A DNA stretch of 64,000 nucleotides, from the UHGV virus genome UHGV-0311442. One strand, given 5' to 3'. A model generated the notes under the pieces. It saw only the letters and a program-made list of their open reading frames with translations. It had not been told where the DNA came from and did no database searches. Both the position numbers and the translations under genes were made by a program. Source of the stretch: a virus. Below are positions 39,168 through 47,248 of the stretch, in pieces; positions within the stretch are counted from its first letter, which is position 1; each line of letters opens with the position of its first letter.

Positions 39168-40367
39168 ATGGCCTCCATTGTATATCAGTACCCTTTAGAT
39201 TTAACGGGAACCCTAACCTCTAACGCCGTGGAGCGTCAGGTTACGTTAGGTACAGGTAAAGTTAACCGTGCGTTTGCTTTTCCTGACGGACCGTTTTATG
39301 CTGATACGTTCCGCTTGCGGGTTGCCAATCGACCCGACGCGACGTATGAACGCGGAACGGACTATGAGTTGATTTTTGCACACCCGGGTTACGAGAAATT
39401 GACGAAGAACCGGGAAGTGGTAATGGCGGTTGTTGTAACGAACACCGCGATTCCGACCGATATCACGGTATCGGCGCAAGTAGTCGGTGGTCCGCAGTCT
39501 GCAAACGTGACTGCGATAGAACAGGCGATTGCCGAGTTGAATCTCGATAATCGAACTGTTGGCTTTAAAGACTTGCGAAATGTGCCGGACACGTTTCCTT
39601 CGGCACCAACGTATAAAGACGTCGGCGATATTTACGGCTTCGAATATATCATTACAGTGCTCGCTGGCATCAAAGATGCGATAACGGCGGGTGATGCTGT
39701 ACAGCTTGAGAACATCAAAGCGATTCTCGAAAGCCTGAAAAACGATTTCCTGGACGCGCTGAACGCGCACATTAACGCCACGGGTAATGTCCACCATCTG
39801 GATATTCATCAGGTTAACGGGTTAACAGAAACGGAGATCCGTGCACTTATCCGTGACGTACAATCTGCCATCGATGCAACCATTACTGATATTAATGCGT
39901 TGAAGAAAGCAGACGAAGCGTTAGGAAAACGTATTGATGCTGTTGTCAAATCTTTGGAAGCGTGGAACGACCAACTTAACATCGTTGCCCAAAACTACCA
40001 GAAGATGGCATTGGCATTGGCGAACCTAAATTCGCTAGTGTTACAGTTACAGAAAAATATCAACGATCTGAACACCAAACTCAACCAAGCGATTCAGCGC
40101 ATTGCTGCGTTAGAACAACGGGGTAATGAGTCCGATCAGAAAATTGATAATCTGCAACAAAACCTGGATGCGCTTAAACAACAGGTTGCGAATAACACGA
40201 ACGCAATCAGTCAGGCGAATCAGAACCTACAAAACCATATTGCGGCGGATAACCCGCACACAGGTTATCTCCACAAGAAATACGGCGGTGTGGTTCAGGC
40301 TCCAGTGCACGTTAACGCTAACTTGACGTCCCGTGATGACGTTCAGGCAGAAGCGGGTACGAAATAA
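39168..40367 (+). CDS. tail fibre-associated protein with C-terminal coiled coil (400 aa)
   Basis: start re-set to ATG 39168 with AAGGAGAG RBS; N-terminal FPDGPFY...DYELIF module; heptad-like Q/N/L-rich C-terminus. Confidence 0.55.
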   Translation: MASIVYQYPLDLTGTLTSNAVERQVTLGTGKVNRAFAFPDGPFYADTFRLRVANRPDATYERGTDYELIFAHPGYEKLTKNREVVMAVVVTNTAIPTDITVSAQVVGGPQSANVTAIEQAIAELNLDNRTVGFKDLRNVPDTFPSAPTYKDVGDIYGFEYIITVLAGIKDAITAGDAVQLENIKAILESLKNDFLDALNAHINATGNVHHLDIHQVNGLTETEIRALIRDVQSAIDATITDINALKKADEALGKRIDAVVKSLEAWNDQLNIVAQNYQKMALALANLNSLVLQLQKNINDLNTKLNQAIQRIAALEQRGNESDQKIDNLQQNLDALKQQVANNTNAISQANQNLQNHIAADNPHTGYLHKKYGGVVQAPVHVNANLTSRDDVQAEAGTK

Positions 40368-40376
40368 CTTTATTAC

Positions 40377-40423
40377 AGGAGGAACTATGCTTATGGGCGT
40401 AGTCCTCCATTCTTTTTTATTTT
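40377..40423 (+). terminator. rho-independent terminator (likely partial)
   Basis: stem AGGAGG...CCTCC followed by ATTCTTTTTTATTTT. Confidence 0.5.
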
Positions 40424-40434
40424 AAGGATACGTG

Positions 40435-40830
40435 ATGGCGATCAGTGTTAAAAATGTACGTGACCGAATCACCAACGTAGAGAACCAAATGGCAACTGGC
40501 CCACGTGTTGATCCGCAAGTTGCGTCGAAAGCACATAATGCCGCCGACACTTTTTCGGGTTGGACGCCAAGTCGGTTAGACTGCGGGGGAAGCTGTAGCT
40601 GGACGTGCTCAAACGGTTGTACGCATGGCTGTACGAGTTGTTCGGGCACCTGTACGTCGGTGTGTGTAGGTAGCTGCTCCTCTGCGTGCGGTAACCAGTG
40701 TACTGGATGTAGTTCAACGTGTTCTGGTGGCTGTTCAGGTTGCAGTGGGACCTGTGGAGGTGCTTGCTCGGGCCGTTGTTCTACGGGTTGTTCTGGTGCT
40801 TGCTCCGGTGGCTGTTCTGGCCCAACCTAA
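40435..40830 (+). CDS. Cys-rich repeat peptide precursor A (leader + (C-x3)n core, ~21 Cys)
   Basis: AAGGA RBS; N-terminal ~50 aa ordinary sequence then DCGGSCSWTCSNGCTHGCTSCSGTC... of only C/S/G/T/N/A/V. Confidence 0.6.
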   Translation: MAISVKNVRDRITNVENQMATGPRVDPQVASKAHNAADTFSGWTPSRLDCGGSCSWTCSNGCTHGCTSCSGTCTSVCVGSCSSACGNQCTGCSSTCSGGCSGCSGTCGGACSGRCSTGCSGACSGGCSGPT

Positions 40831-40840
40831 GAGGTGAAAA

Positions 40841-41239
40841 ATGGCAATTGGATTACCTGCGCTACAAGCGCGGCTAAATAACATTGACAACACTGCATTG
40901 AAGAATACGGGTGCAGTACAAAACTATATTCGTGGGAAAGCGACGAACAACGCAGACCTATTCGGTGGGCAAGCTCGCAACCACTATGACTGCGGGGGAA
41001 GCTGTAGCTGGACCTGTTCGAGCTGTTCTGGTGGTTGTACAGGGAACGCATCAGGCGGCTGTGGCTCTTCCTGTTCTGCAAACTGTGTATCAGGTTGTAG
41101 CGCGGGCTGTAGTGGATGTTCGAATACCTGTTCTGGTGGCTGCTCAGGAAGCTGTACGGGGAGTTGTTCTAACTCGTGTGTAGGAAACTGTTCTGCAGGC
41201 TGCTCTGGTGCTTGCTCCGGTGGCTGTTCTGGGAGGTAA
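40841..41239 (+). CDS. Cys-rich repeat peptide precursor B
   Basis: AGAGGTGA RBS; leader shares NADLFGG and YDCGGSCSWTCS junction with A; CxxxC repeats. Confidence 0.6.
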   Translation: MAIGLPALQARLNNIDNTALKNTGAVQNYIRGKATNNADLFGGQARNHYDCGGSCSWTCSSCSGGCTGNASGGCGSSCSANCVSGCSAGCSGCSNTCSGGCSGSCTGSCSNSCVGNCSAGCSGACSGGCSGR

Positions 41240-41241
41240 TT

Positions 41242-41448
41242 GTGATTAGCCTTAAGAACCTTCGTGATCGGTTAGTAACAGCGGAAGGGTATATTACGAC
41301 CGCTAACGCAAACAACTATATTGCAAACCAGGGCACCGTGTCTTCAACCAATAACCTTGCCGGTTTACCTTTAAGCCATTATAACTGTAACGGCGGATGT
41401 AGCTGGTCGTGCAGTGGTAGCTGTAGTAAAGGTGCGGGGGGAAGGTAA
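41242..41448 (+). CDS. Cys-rich peptide precursor C (short core), GTG start
   Basis: GGGAGG 5 nt before GTG at 41242; ISLKNLRDRL leader resembling A; core YNCNGGCSWSCSGSCSKGAGGR. Confidence 0.5.
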   Translation: MISLKNLRDRLVTAEGYITTANANNYIANQGTVSSTNNLAGLPLSHYNCNGGCSWSCSGSCSKGAGGR

Positions 41449-41597
41449 CTAAGCCCTCCAGTGGTAGTATGTCTATTACGCAATAACCGAGTTAATCGTA
41501 CGGGTTTACTACTGAGTTTCAAGTTACCGGTAGGCAATGGTGCGGTGGTTTCTATACCCTGAATGTCCGTTTGACCGTGAAATAATTGGAGCAATCA

Positions 41598-42485
41598 ATG
41601 AAGAATGATTTACATTTAGCGTACAAAACAATTTTCAATCATCCACTTCACATTTCTTCCCCTGATTCCGTACGTGCACACTTAGCAGATGAAGTTCGTC
41701 TGTTGACTCAGTTGCCGGGCGAATGGCCTAAAGTGCGCGGACGTTTCTTTACCGATCGTAAAAACTATCGTGTGGAAAATACGTTTAAGATTCGTGATCT
41801 GACGGCAGAAAGTGTAGTGGTCTTTACCGGTGACTCCGAGTTGCGTGGTAAACTGGTTGCGGGTAAATATTTCTTTAGTGACGGGATTTTGAATAACTCC
41901 GTAGATATGGAATTGTTCTTTACCCCATTTGAAGAAATGGGCGCAAAACCAGTTGCCCGTCGTTGGTGGTCGCCGGATTACTTAGGCTCGTTCCCGTATT
42001 TCTTTACCCTGGTAACACCAGAAACGAAGAACTATTTCGATACGGAATCGTATATCGAAATTGAAGGGTACGAAGCGTTAGGGATTAATTGCTTAGCGGA
42101 TTTAATGGCGTATAGCTATAAGTTCGTGTGGGATCGTGAACGTTCCGTGTGGGTTGCCCTGACGGATGAACACGAAATTACAAAACGCATCCGTAAGCCT
42201 TGGATGCAGCATTTGATTCAAACGCGTATTGGCGAGCATCCGTCAACAGAAGCGGATCTGGCAAAACTCGTTAGTTTCTTAATGACGAAAGTCACGTTAA
42301 CTGACGAAGAGAAAGCAGCAGTGTCGGCGGTGTTGGACCGTAACGTAACGTTAGCGGATTTAGAACGTTTAAATGTCCGTTATAAAGACCTTAATCGTAT
42401 TTTGGAAGCGTATAACTCTCCATTCTTGTTAACCCCTGGTGCTAACGTAGACGACGATCCTTTGTTCGCCATTGATTATATTTAA
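41598..42485 (+). CDS. hypothetical protein (295 aa), cassette accessory
   Basis: GGAG RBS before ATG 41598; sits between precursor genes and radical SAM genes. Confidence 0.5.
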   Translation: MKNDLHLAYKTIFNHPLHISSPDSVRAHLADEVRLLTQLPGEWPKVRGRFFTDRKNYRVENTFKIRDLTAESVVVFTGDSELRGKLVAGKYFFSDGILNNSVDMELFFTPFEEMGAKPVARRWWSPDYLGSFPYFFTLVTPETKNYFDTESYIEIEGYEALGINCLADLMAYSYKFVWDRERSVWVALTDEHEITKRIRKPWMQHLIQTRIGEHPSTEADLAKLVSFLMTKVTLTDEEKAAVSAVLDRNVTLADLERLNVRYKDLNRILEAYNSPFLLTPGANVDDDPLFAIDYI

Positions 42486-42506
42486 AAACGACCGGAGTCA
42501 CCTGCA

Positions 42507-43430
42507 ATGACAACCAATGCAGAACCAAGGTTATCGAATCGTTTATACGATAAACCCACCGTATTGTCCGTAGTCGCTACGTCCAAGTGTAACCTGGATT
42601 GTAGCTTCTGCGGTGGAGCCTATTACATGAATCGTGAAGATTCTCCGCGAGAGTTTCAACGTGAGCGAATTTTGGAAGCGCTGGAAGCTAATCCAACCAT
42701 TACCGAAATTCAGTGGACGGGTGGTGAGCCATTACTGGCAACCCGTAAAATTGAGGCGTTTGTTGACGAATTAAAAGTGATTCGTCCAGAACTCAAACAC
42801 CAGTTGTATACCAATGGCTTAAAGATGCGTAAATCGCATCTCCCGTTGCTAAAACAGTTTGACAATGTCTACGTTAGCATCGATGGGTTTAAGTCGTCTG
42901 AGCGCCCGTTTATGCGCTTTATTGACGAAGGCTGTTACGAAGCACTGGAAACGATCTACGAGCTGGATAATGTCCAGACTTGGGGTGTCCTGACACGGGA
43001 CCGTTTAGGGGACAAACGCTGGCACGAAGATATTATTCAGCTGCACAGCGCGATTTACCATTACGGTTTCCGTGCAATGACGTTACTCTTAGATGCGAAA
43101 ATGCCAAAACCTTTATCGCCTGACCACGTCATGAACTTTATTTACGGCTACTATCAGGTTCAGGACAACATTGAACGTCTGAATGTAGTAAATGGACGTG
43201 AATGTGGCTTTACGGTAAGTAAAGTGTTTGAAGAAGGGTGTAACGTTTGCAGCGAAAGTCTTTGGATTAATGCAGACGGTGGTGAGCACCAACTCCAGAA
43301 TGCACCTAACGTTCTGGAATCGGGATGTAACCAACTGGCCTTCTCTATCGGTGTAGAGGCGTACGAATATATTCGTCGCGTAGTGATGGCAGGACGTAAT
43401 AGAGGGGCGGCAAATGAGCCAAGCAAATGA
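42507..43430 (+). CDS. radical SAM enzyme (307 aa)
   Basis: CNLDCSFCGG (CxxxCxxC) and GGEPLL SAM-binding motif; extra C-terminal Cys (CNVCSE...GCNQ). Confidence 0.7.
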   Translation: MTTNAEPRLSNRLYDKPTVLSVVATSKCNLDCSFCGGAYYMNREDSPREFQRERILEALEANPTITEIQWTGGEPLLATRKIEAFVDELKVIRPELKHQLYTNGLKMRKSHLPLLKQFDNVYVSIDGFKSSERPFMRFIDEGCYEALETIYELDNVQTWGVLTRDRLGDKRWHEDIIQLHSAIYHYGFRAMTLLLDAKMPKPLSPDHVMNFIYGYYQVQDNIERLNVVNGRECGFTVSKVFEEGCNVCSESLWINADGGEHQLQNAPNVLESGCNQLAFSIGVEAYEYIRRVVMAGRNRGAANEPSK

Positions 43431-44736
43431 ATTCCCTAAGCAGTTAACGTATCAGATCGTAACCAACCTTTCGTGTAACCTGGACTGCGAATATTGTTAC
43501 GAACGTAAGTACCCGCGTAACAACAAAGCGGCCGACATTGTTGATTTCTTACACGCCTGTTTTGAACGTGATAAAAACGAACCGAATGTTGAAGTTATTA
43601 TCGACATTATCGGCGGTGAACCGTTCATGCAGCCTAAGTTGCTGCTGGCAGCGTTTGAAACCGCAGAGCAGTTGTGTAAAGAACACAACCGTCCGTTTAT
43701 GTTTAGTATCTCCACGAACGGGACCTTGTTAGATCGTCCGTTGAACCGTGAGATTGTAGAACGTTGGAAAGACAAACTTTCGGTTGGGGTTTCGATTGAT
43801 GGCTTGCCTGAGTCCCATGACCGTTATCGTATCTTCACAACAACGCGCCAGGGTTCTTACGAAGCCGCAGTACGTGGCTATAATTACTTAAAAGAGGTTG
43901 GCATTGCAGAACTCGGCGTAAAAGCGACCTTTACGTTAGAAACACTGCCGTTCTATGCTGCAGGGATGAAGTCATTAATTGACATTACTGGCGGTGGGAC
44001 AATTTCTGGGAACGTAACCTTCGAAGACGTTATGCCACGTAGCATGGCGACGTCAATCGCTTTACAGATGATGGATGTGATAGATTATTGGGTTGAGAAA
44101 GGATTACACACCAACCCACGTAATATCTTATCGCACATCATTCCAGAAGGGTTGGATTTCGATACGATTTGGGAACCGAACTGGCGTGACCAGTTACTGT
44201 ATAATGACACCGTACGGTTGAACCCAGAACGTTTACGTCCGTTCTGTGGGACGTTAACGCACATGACGTGCTTAGGATTTGACCGTAAGATCTTTGGCTG
44301 TAACCGCTTTATGTCAACGGTAACGTCGCGTTCTGCGGTGTTTGAGTTGGTAGGTCGGGAATTCGTCAGTCTGGACAACGGTAAATTGTTAGAAGAGATT
44401 CAAACGCAATATACCAACTACCCAGAGACCTGTTTAGGTTGTCCGATGAAACACGCTTGTGGTAGCTGTGCGGCGGCTTCTTACGAGAACGGGGAAGGAA
44501 CGTTAGAAGACCGTAAAGCGTATCACGCTGAACGTCGTCAGTGTGGCTGGACGACAGCGAAACTGATGGTGGCGGAATACTGGAAACAGAAGATGGGTAC
44601 GACGTCAGCAAAAGCGTTCCACGACACGAGCATGTGTTATTGCCCACGCTGTGTTCGTGAACGTGCCCAAAAGGAAAAATTATTAAGAGAAGCCAAAGAT
44701 GAAACCAATTCTGATCAACAATATTACGAAGCGTAG
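43414..44736 (+). CDS. radical SAM enzyme with SPASM-like C-terminal domain (440 aa)
   Basis: CNLDCEYCYE and GGEPF motifs; C-terminal CLGCPMKHACGSC cluster typical of SPASM/twitch auxiliary Fe-S domains; 17-nt overlap with upstream gene. Confidence 0.7.
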   Translation: MSQANEFPKQLTYQIVTNLSCNLDCEYCYERKYPRNNKAADIVDFLHACFERDKNEPNVEVIIDIIGGEPFMQPKLLLAAFETAEQLCKEHNRPFMFSISTNGTLLDRPLNREIVERWKDKLSVGVSIDGLPESHDRYRIFTTTRQGSYEAAVRGYNYLKEVGIAELGVKATFTLETLPFYAAGMKSLIDITGGGTISGNVTFEDVMPRSMATSIALQMMDVIDYWVEKGLHTNPRNILSHIIPEGLDFDTIWEPNWRDQLLYNDTVRLNPERLRPFCGTLTHMTCLGFDRKIFGCNRFMSTVTSRSAVFELVGREFVSLDNGKLLEEIQTQYTNYPETCLGCPMKHACGSCAAASYENGEGTLEDRKAYHAERRQCGWTTAKLMVAEYWKQKMGTTSAKAFHDTSMCYCPRCVRERAQKEKLLREAKDETNSDQQYYEA

Positions 44737-45271
44737 AATTCGACTTCTGGATAAGTTTCTGGAAAACAGTAAGCTATTCGGTTGTTATGTGGTGATTAAC
44801 GGTGAAGATTTTACCGATGACGTAAAACGCTTACTGATTCGTCACGGTGTGACTGTAATCATCCCAATGTACTGCACCGAACTTACTGACCTGTCGGTCG
44901 CGGAAATTGAAAAACGTAACCCAGGGTTTGAAGAACGGGTATTGGATTTCCCACGTCACAAAATTGCGTTTCTACGCCGCTCTTTAAGCGAACCCAGCGC
45001 AGAATCTATCACTGTGTTGGCATTGTCCTTCCCCGGCATTACTATCTTCGCAACACGTAACCCGAACTCACCGATTGATGGGTTTTACGATGAGCGAGAG
45101 AAATTTAATACCGTGATTTTTCCTGAGCTAACGCCAGAAGAATGCCAGGGTATCCGTATCGATTGGGAATCGGACTTCGACACAAGATTCCGTCATATCG
45201 ATTTTGAACTGTTAATCGAATTAGGGTTGATTAAAGGAGACGATGAATGTCTGCTACTGGTGAAGGCTTAA
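44699..45271 (+). CDS. hypothetical protein (190 aa), cassette accessory
   Basis: ORF track; overlaps preceding gene by 38 nt. Confidence 0.45.
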   Translation: MKPILINNITKRRIRLLDKFLENSKLFGCYVVINGEDFTDDVKRLLIRHGVTVIIPMYCTELTDLSVAEIEKRNPGFEERVLDFPRHKIAFLRRSLSEPSAESITVLALSFPGITIFATRNPNSPIDGFYDEREKFNTVIFPELTPEECQGIRIDWESDFDTRFRHIDFELLIELGLIKGDDECLLLVKA

Positions 45272-45918
45272 CGAAAGAAGAAATCCGTCGCCGTTATTTT
45301 GCGCACGATTTACCGATTGACCGTCATGGTAACTACATGGAGAAAATCGGTAGTGAAGATCACGGCCGTACAGGGTTTTGTGCGTTACTGCACTATAAGT
45401 TGATTGATGGGATGTCTGATCGCGAAGCATTGGAACAAATGCGTAACTACGACATGTCTGAAATCGAAGCACGGTTTACGCTACAGAAAGCGAAAGACTT
45501 TGTTAACGACACGTTGGGGATTGACCTGGAAGAAATTCGTGCAGGTTTACGTTCCACGGTGCGGTACATCTTTACCGATGTTCAGAAAATTCTAAGCGCT
45601 CTGGAATTCCGTTATCAGGATGCGCGCTATGCTGAGATTCAGGTAGGTGATTTCACTTTCCAGGCAGATGAGAAGTCACAGGTAGCACTGAGTCGTTATA
45701 TCCAGTCAGAAACTGCGCCAGCGTATTGGTTAACGGCTAACAACACCCGTATCGAACCGTTTACGTTAGAACAGTGCAAGACGTTGCTGGCAGCAATCGT
45801 TGAGCGCGATCAAAGACTACACCACGCAATGTCTGAGCAGAAAAGAGAAGTCAGAGCTTGGGCTGAAGCACGTGATTACGATTCAATTAAAGCGTTTGCG
45901 TTAGAGCAAGGGCTGTAA
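45247..45918 (+). CDS. hypothetical protein (223 aa), cassette accessory
   Basis: GGAG RBS; last gene before bidirectional terminator. Confidence 0.5.
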   Translation: MSATGEGLTKEEIRRRYFAHDLPIDRHGNYMEKIGSEDHGRTGFCALLHYKLIDGMSDREALEQMRNYDMSEIEARFTLQKAKDFVNDTLGIDLEEIRAGLRSTVRYIFTDVQKILSALEFRYQDARYAEIQVGDFTFQADEKSQVALSRYIQSETAPAYWLTANNTRIEPFTLEQCKTLLAAIVERDQRLHHAMSEQKREVRAWAEARDYDSIKAFALEQGL

Positions 45919-45926
45919 TCGACAGC

Positions 45927-45982
45927 GAAAAAAAATAGTATACCTACCTCCTATTACGGGAGGTAGGTATTTTTATTTTTTC
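45927..45982. terminator. bidirectional rho-independent terminator
   Basis: hairpin TACCTACCTCC-tattacg-GGAGGTAGGTA flanked by A8 and TTTTTATTTTTT. Confidence 0.65.
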
Positions 45983-46513
45983 TTAGGACGTAAAACCGTC
46001 CAGCTCACCGTTGGTGGTGGCCAGGTCAATACGATTATCAACAACTTTCGGCGTAATTACGAAAGTTGCCATTACACCTGGTTTATAACGGAGGTTCTTT
46101 TCAGTAACGGTGCACGTTACCGTACGCAGAGTGACGTTTTCATGTTCGTCTTTCTGGTCTTCGGTGTTGTACACAACGTCGCCTGGTGCGATAGCATCGT
46201 TCGGTTTAACTTTATTGATGTAATATTGTAACCAAGCGCGCAGTTCATTTTCTTGAACCCAGCGAGACAGATCGTCAGTTAGTTCAATACGGCCTACAAC
46301 ACCCGGTTCCAGACGATCGTAATGCAGTTCGATTGCACCTTTGAAATTCTCAGAACCTGGTAGTGCAGTCATGGTAACTTTGGTATTCTTACCTTCGCCT
46401 TCCAGCGCAGTAGGGAGACCAAAGGACACTTCTTTATCAGTTACCTGATGTGGTAGCTCAGTGTTAGCAGCATTATAAAGCGCGACCAACATCATCTGGT
46501 TAGTAGCGGCCAT
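45983..46513 (-). CDS. five-member paralog family protein (176 aa)
   Basis: shares N-terminal pattern and ENFKG...HYxRL core with 46579..47109; similar to 49774, 50264, 61107. Confidence 0.55.
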   Translation of the reverse strand: MAATNQMMLVALYNAANTELPHQVTDKEVSFGLPTALEGEGKNTKVTMTALPGSENFKGAIELHYDRLEPGVVGRIELTDDLSRWVQENELRAWLQYYINKVKPNDAIAPGDVVYNTEDQKDEHENVTLRTVTCTVTEKNLRYKPGVMATFVITPKVVDNRIDLATTNGELDGFTS

Positions 46514-46561
46514 TATCTTAAATCCTCAATAGTACGAGTTAAAGAAATATCGGGGAGGTTA

Positions 46562-46571
46562 CCCCCCCCCC
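46562..46571. repeat. C10/G10 homopolymer tract in intergenic hairpin
   Basis: ten consecutive C on plus strand. Confidence 0.8.
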
Positions 46572-46578
46572 GATTTAA

Positions 46579-47109
46579 TTATTCTTTAGGAGACGGTGCG
46601 GTGAAGCCATCCAGTTCACCTTCCAAACCGCTCAGTGCTACTTTCTCAGGAGCCGGAGGAGTAACTTTATACGTCGCGACAGTACCAGGCAGGAACTTCA
46701 AGTGGCCAGCCACAACCGTTACCACGTAAATGGTTTTGCCTTCTTCTTCACGAGAAATAGTTTGCAGGTCGTTTTCACCGAACTCGTCATCGGTGTACCC
46801 TTTCTCAGCCATGGCTGCGTTAACTTTCGCCAGGATCTTCGTTGGTGAATCGAAATCGGTAGTAGGTGCAGTTACTTCAACTTCACCAACGATGTCGCAG
46901 GAAAGACGAGTATAGTGGAATTCTTTCTCGCCTTTGAAGTTCTGGCTTTCTGCCTTGGCGGTCAGAGTAATTTTAGTGTTGCGGCCAGCTTCTCCGGTGA
47001 ACTCAGCGACAGCACTAAAATTAACATCATTTACAGTCAACTTAGAAGCAGTTTGGTTGTTTTTAGCAATTACAATCTCGATAAGCTGCTGTTGAAAAGT
47101 TTTAGCCAT
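46579..47109 (-). CDS. five-member paralog family protein (176 aa)
   Basis: TKITLTAKAESQNFKGEKEFHYTRL aligns with TKVTMTALPGSENFKGAIELHYDRL in neighbour. Confidence 0.55.
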   Translation of the reverse strand: MAKTFQQQLIEIVIAKNNQTASKLTVNDVNFSAVAEFTGEAGRNTKITLTAKAESQNFKGEKEFHYTRLSCDIVGEVEVTAPTTDFDSPTKILAKVNAAMAEKGYTDDEFGENDLQTISREEEGKTIYVVTVVAGHLKFLPGTVATYKVTPPAPEKVALSGLEGELDGFTAPSPKE

Positions 47110-47248
47110 TGTTTTACCTCGTAAGTAGTATGGGTGGTTTGCATAGTATTGTTCGGATTATAGAAGTGTTGTTAATAGTTATGACAGACAGCAGTAAGGG
47201 TTGTCTGTAAAATTATTATTTTTTAACTTTTTATAGAAGGGTGAAAAC

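Noticed and set aside
25344-39809. Many 60-190 aa ORFs antisense or out-of-frame inside the giant fibre genes (e.g. 25344..25646, 30612..31103, 35230..35502, 39246..39809)
   Set aside because: Fully embedded in long, motif-supported coding frames, lack SD sequences, and have low-complexity or Arg/Cys-rich translations typical of spurious frames.
40469-41183. Alternative-frame ORFs overlapping the Cys-rich precursor genes (40469..40717, 40827..41081, 40911..41183)
   Set aside because: They arise from the repetitive GC-rich codons of the precursor cores; only the CxxxC frames have strong RBSs and tandem paralogy.
42507-43430. Radical SAM enzyme as anaerobic ribonucleotide reductase activase (NrdG) or viperin-like enzyme
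   Set aside because: Not excluded formally, but at 307 aa it is longer than a typical NrdG, no NrdD is nearby, and it overlaps a SPASM-type rSAM directly downstream of three Cys-repeat precursor genes.
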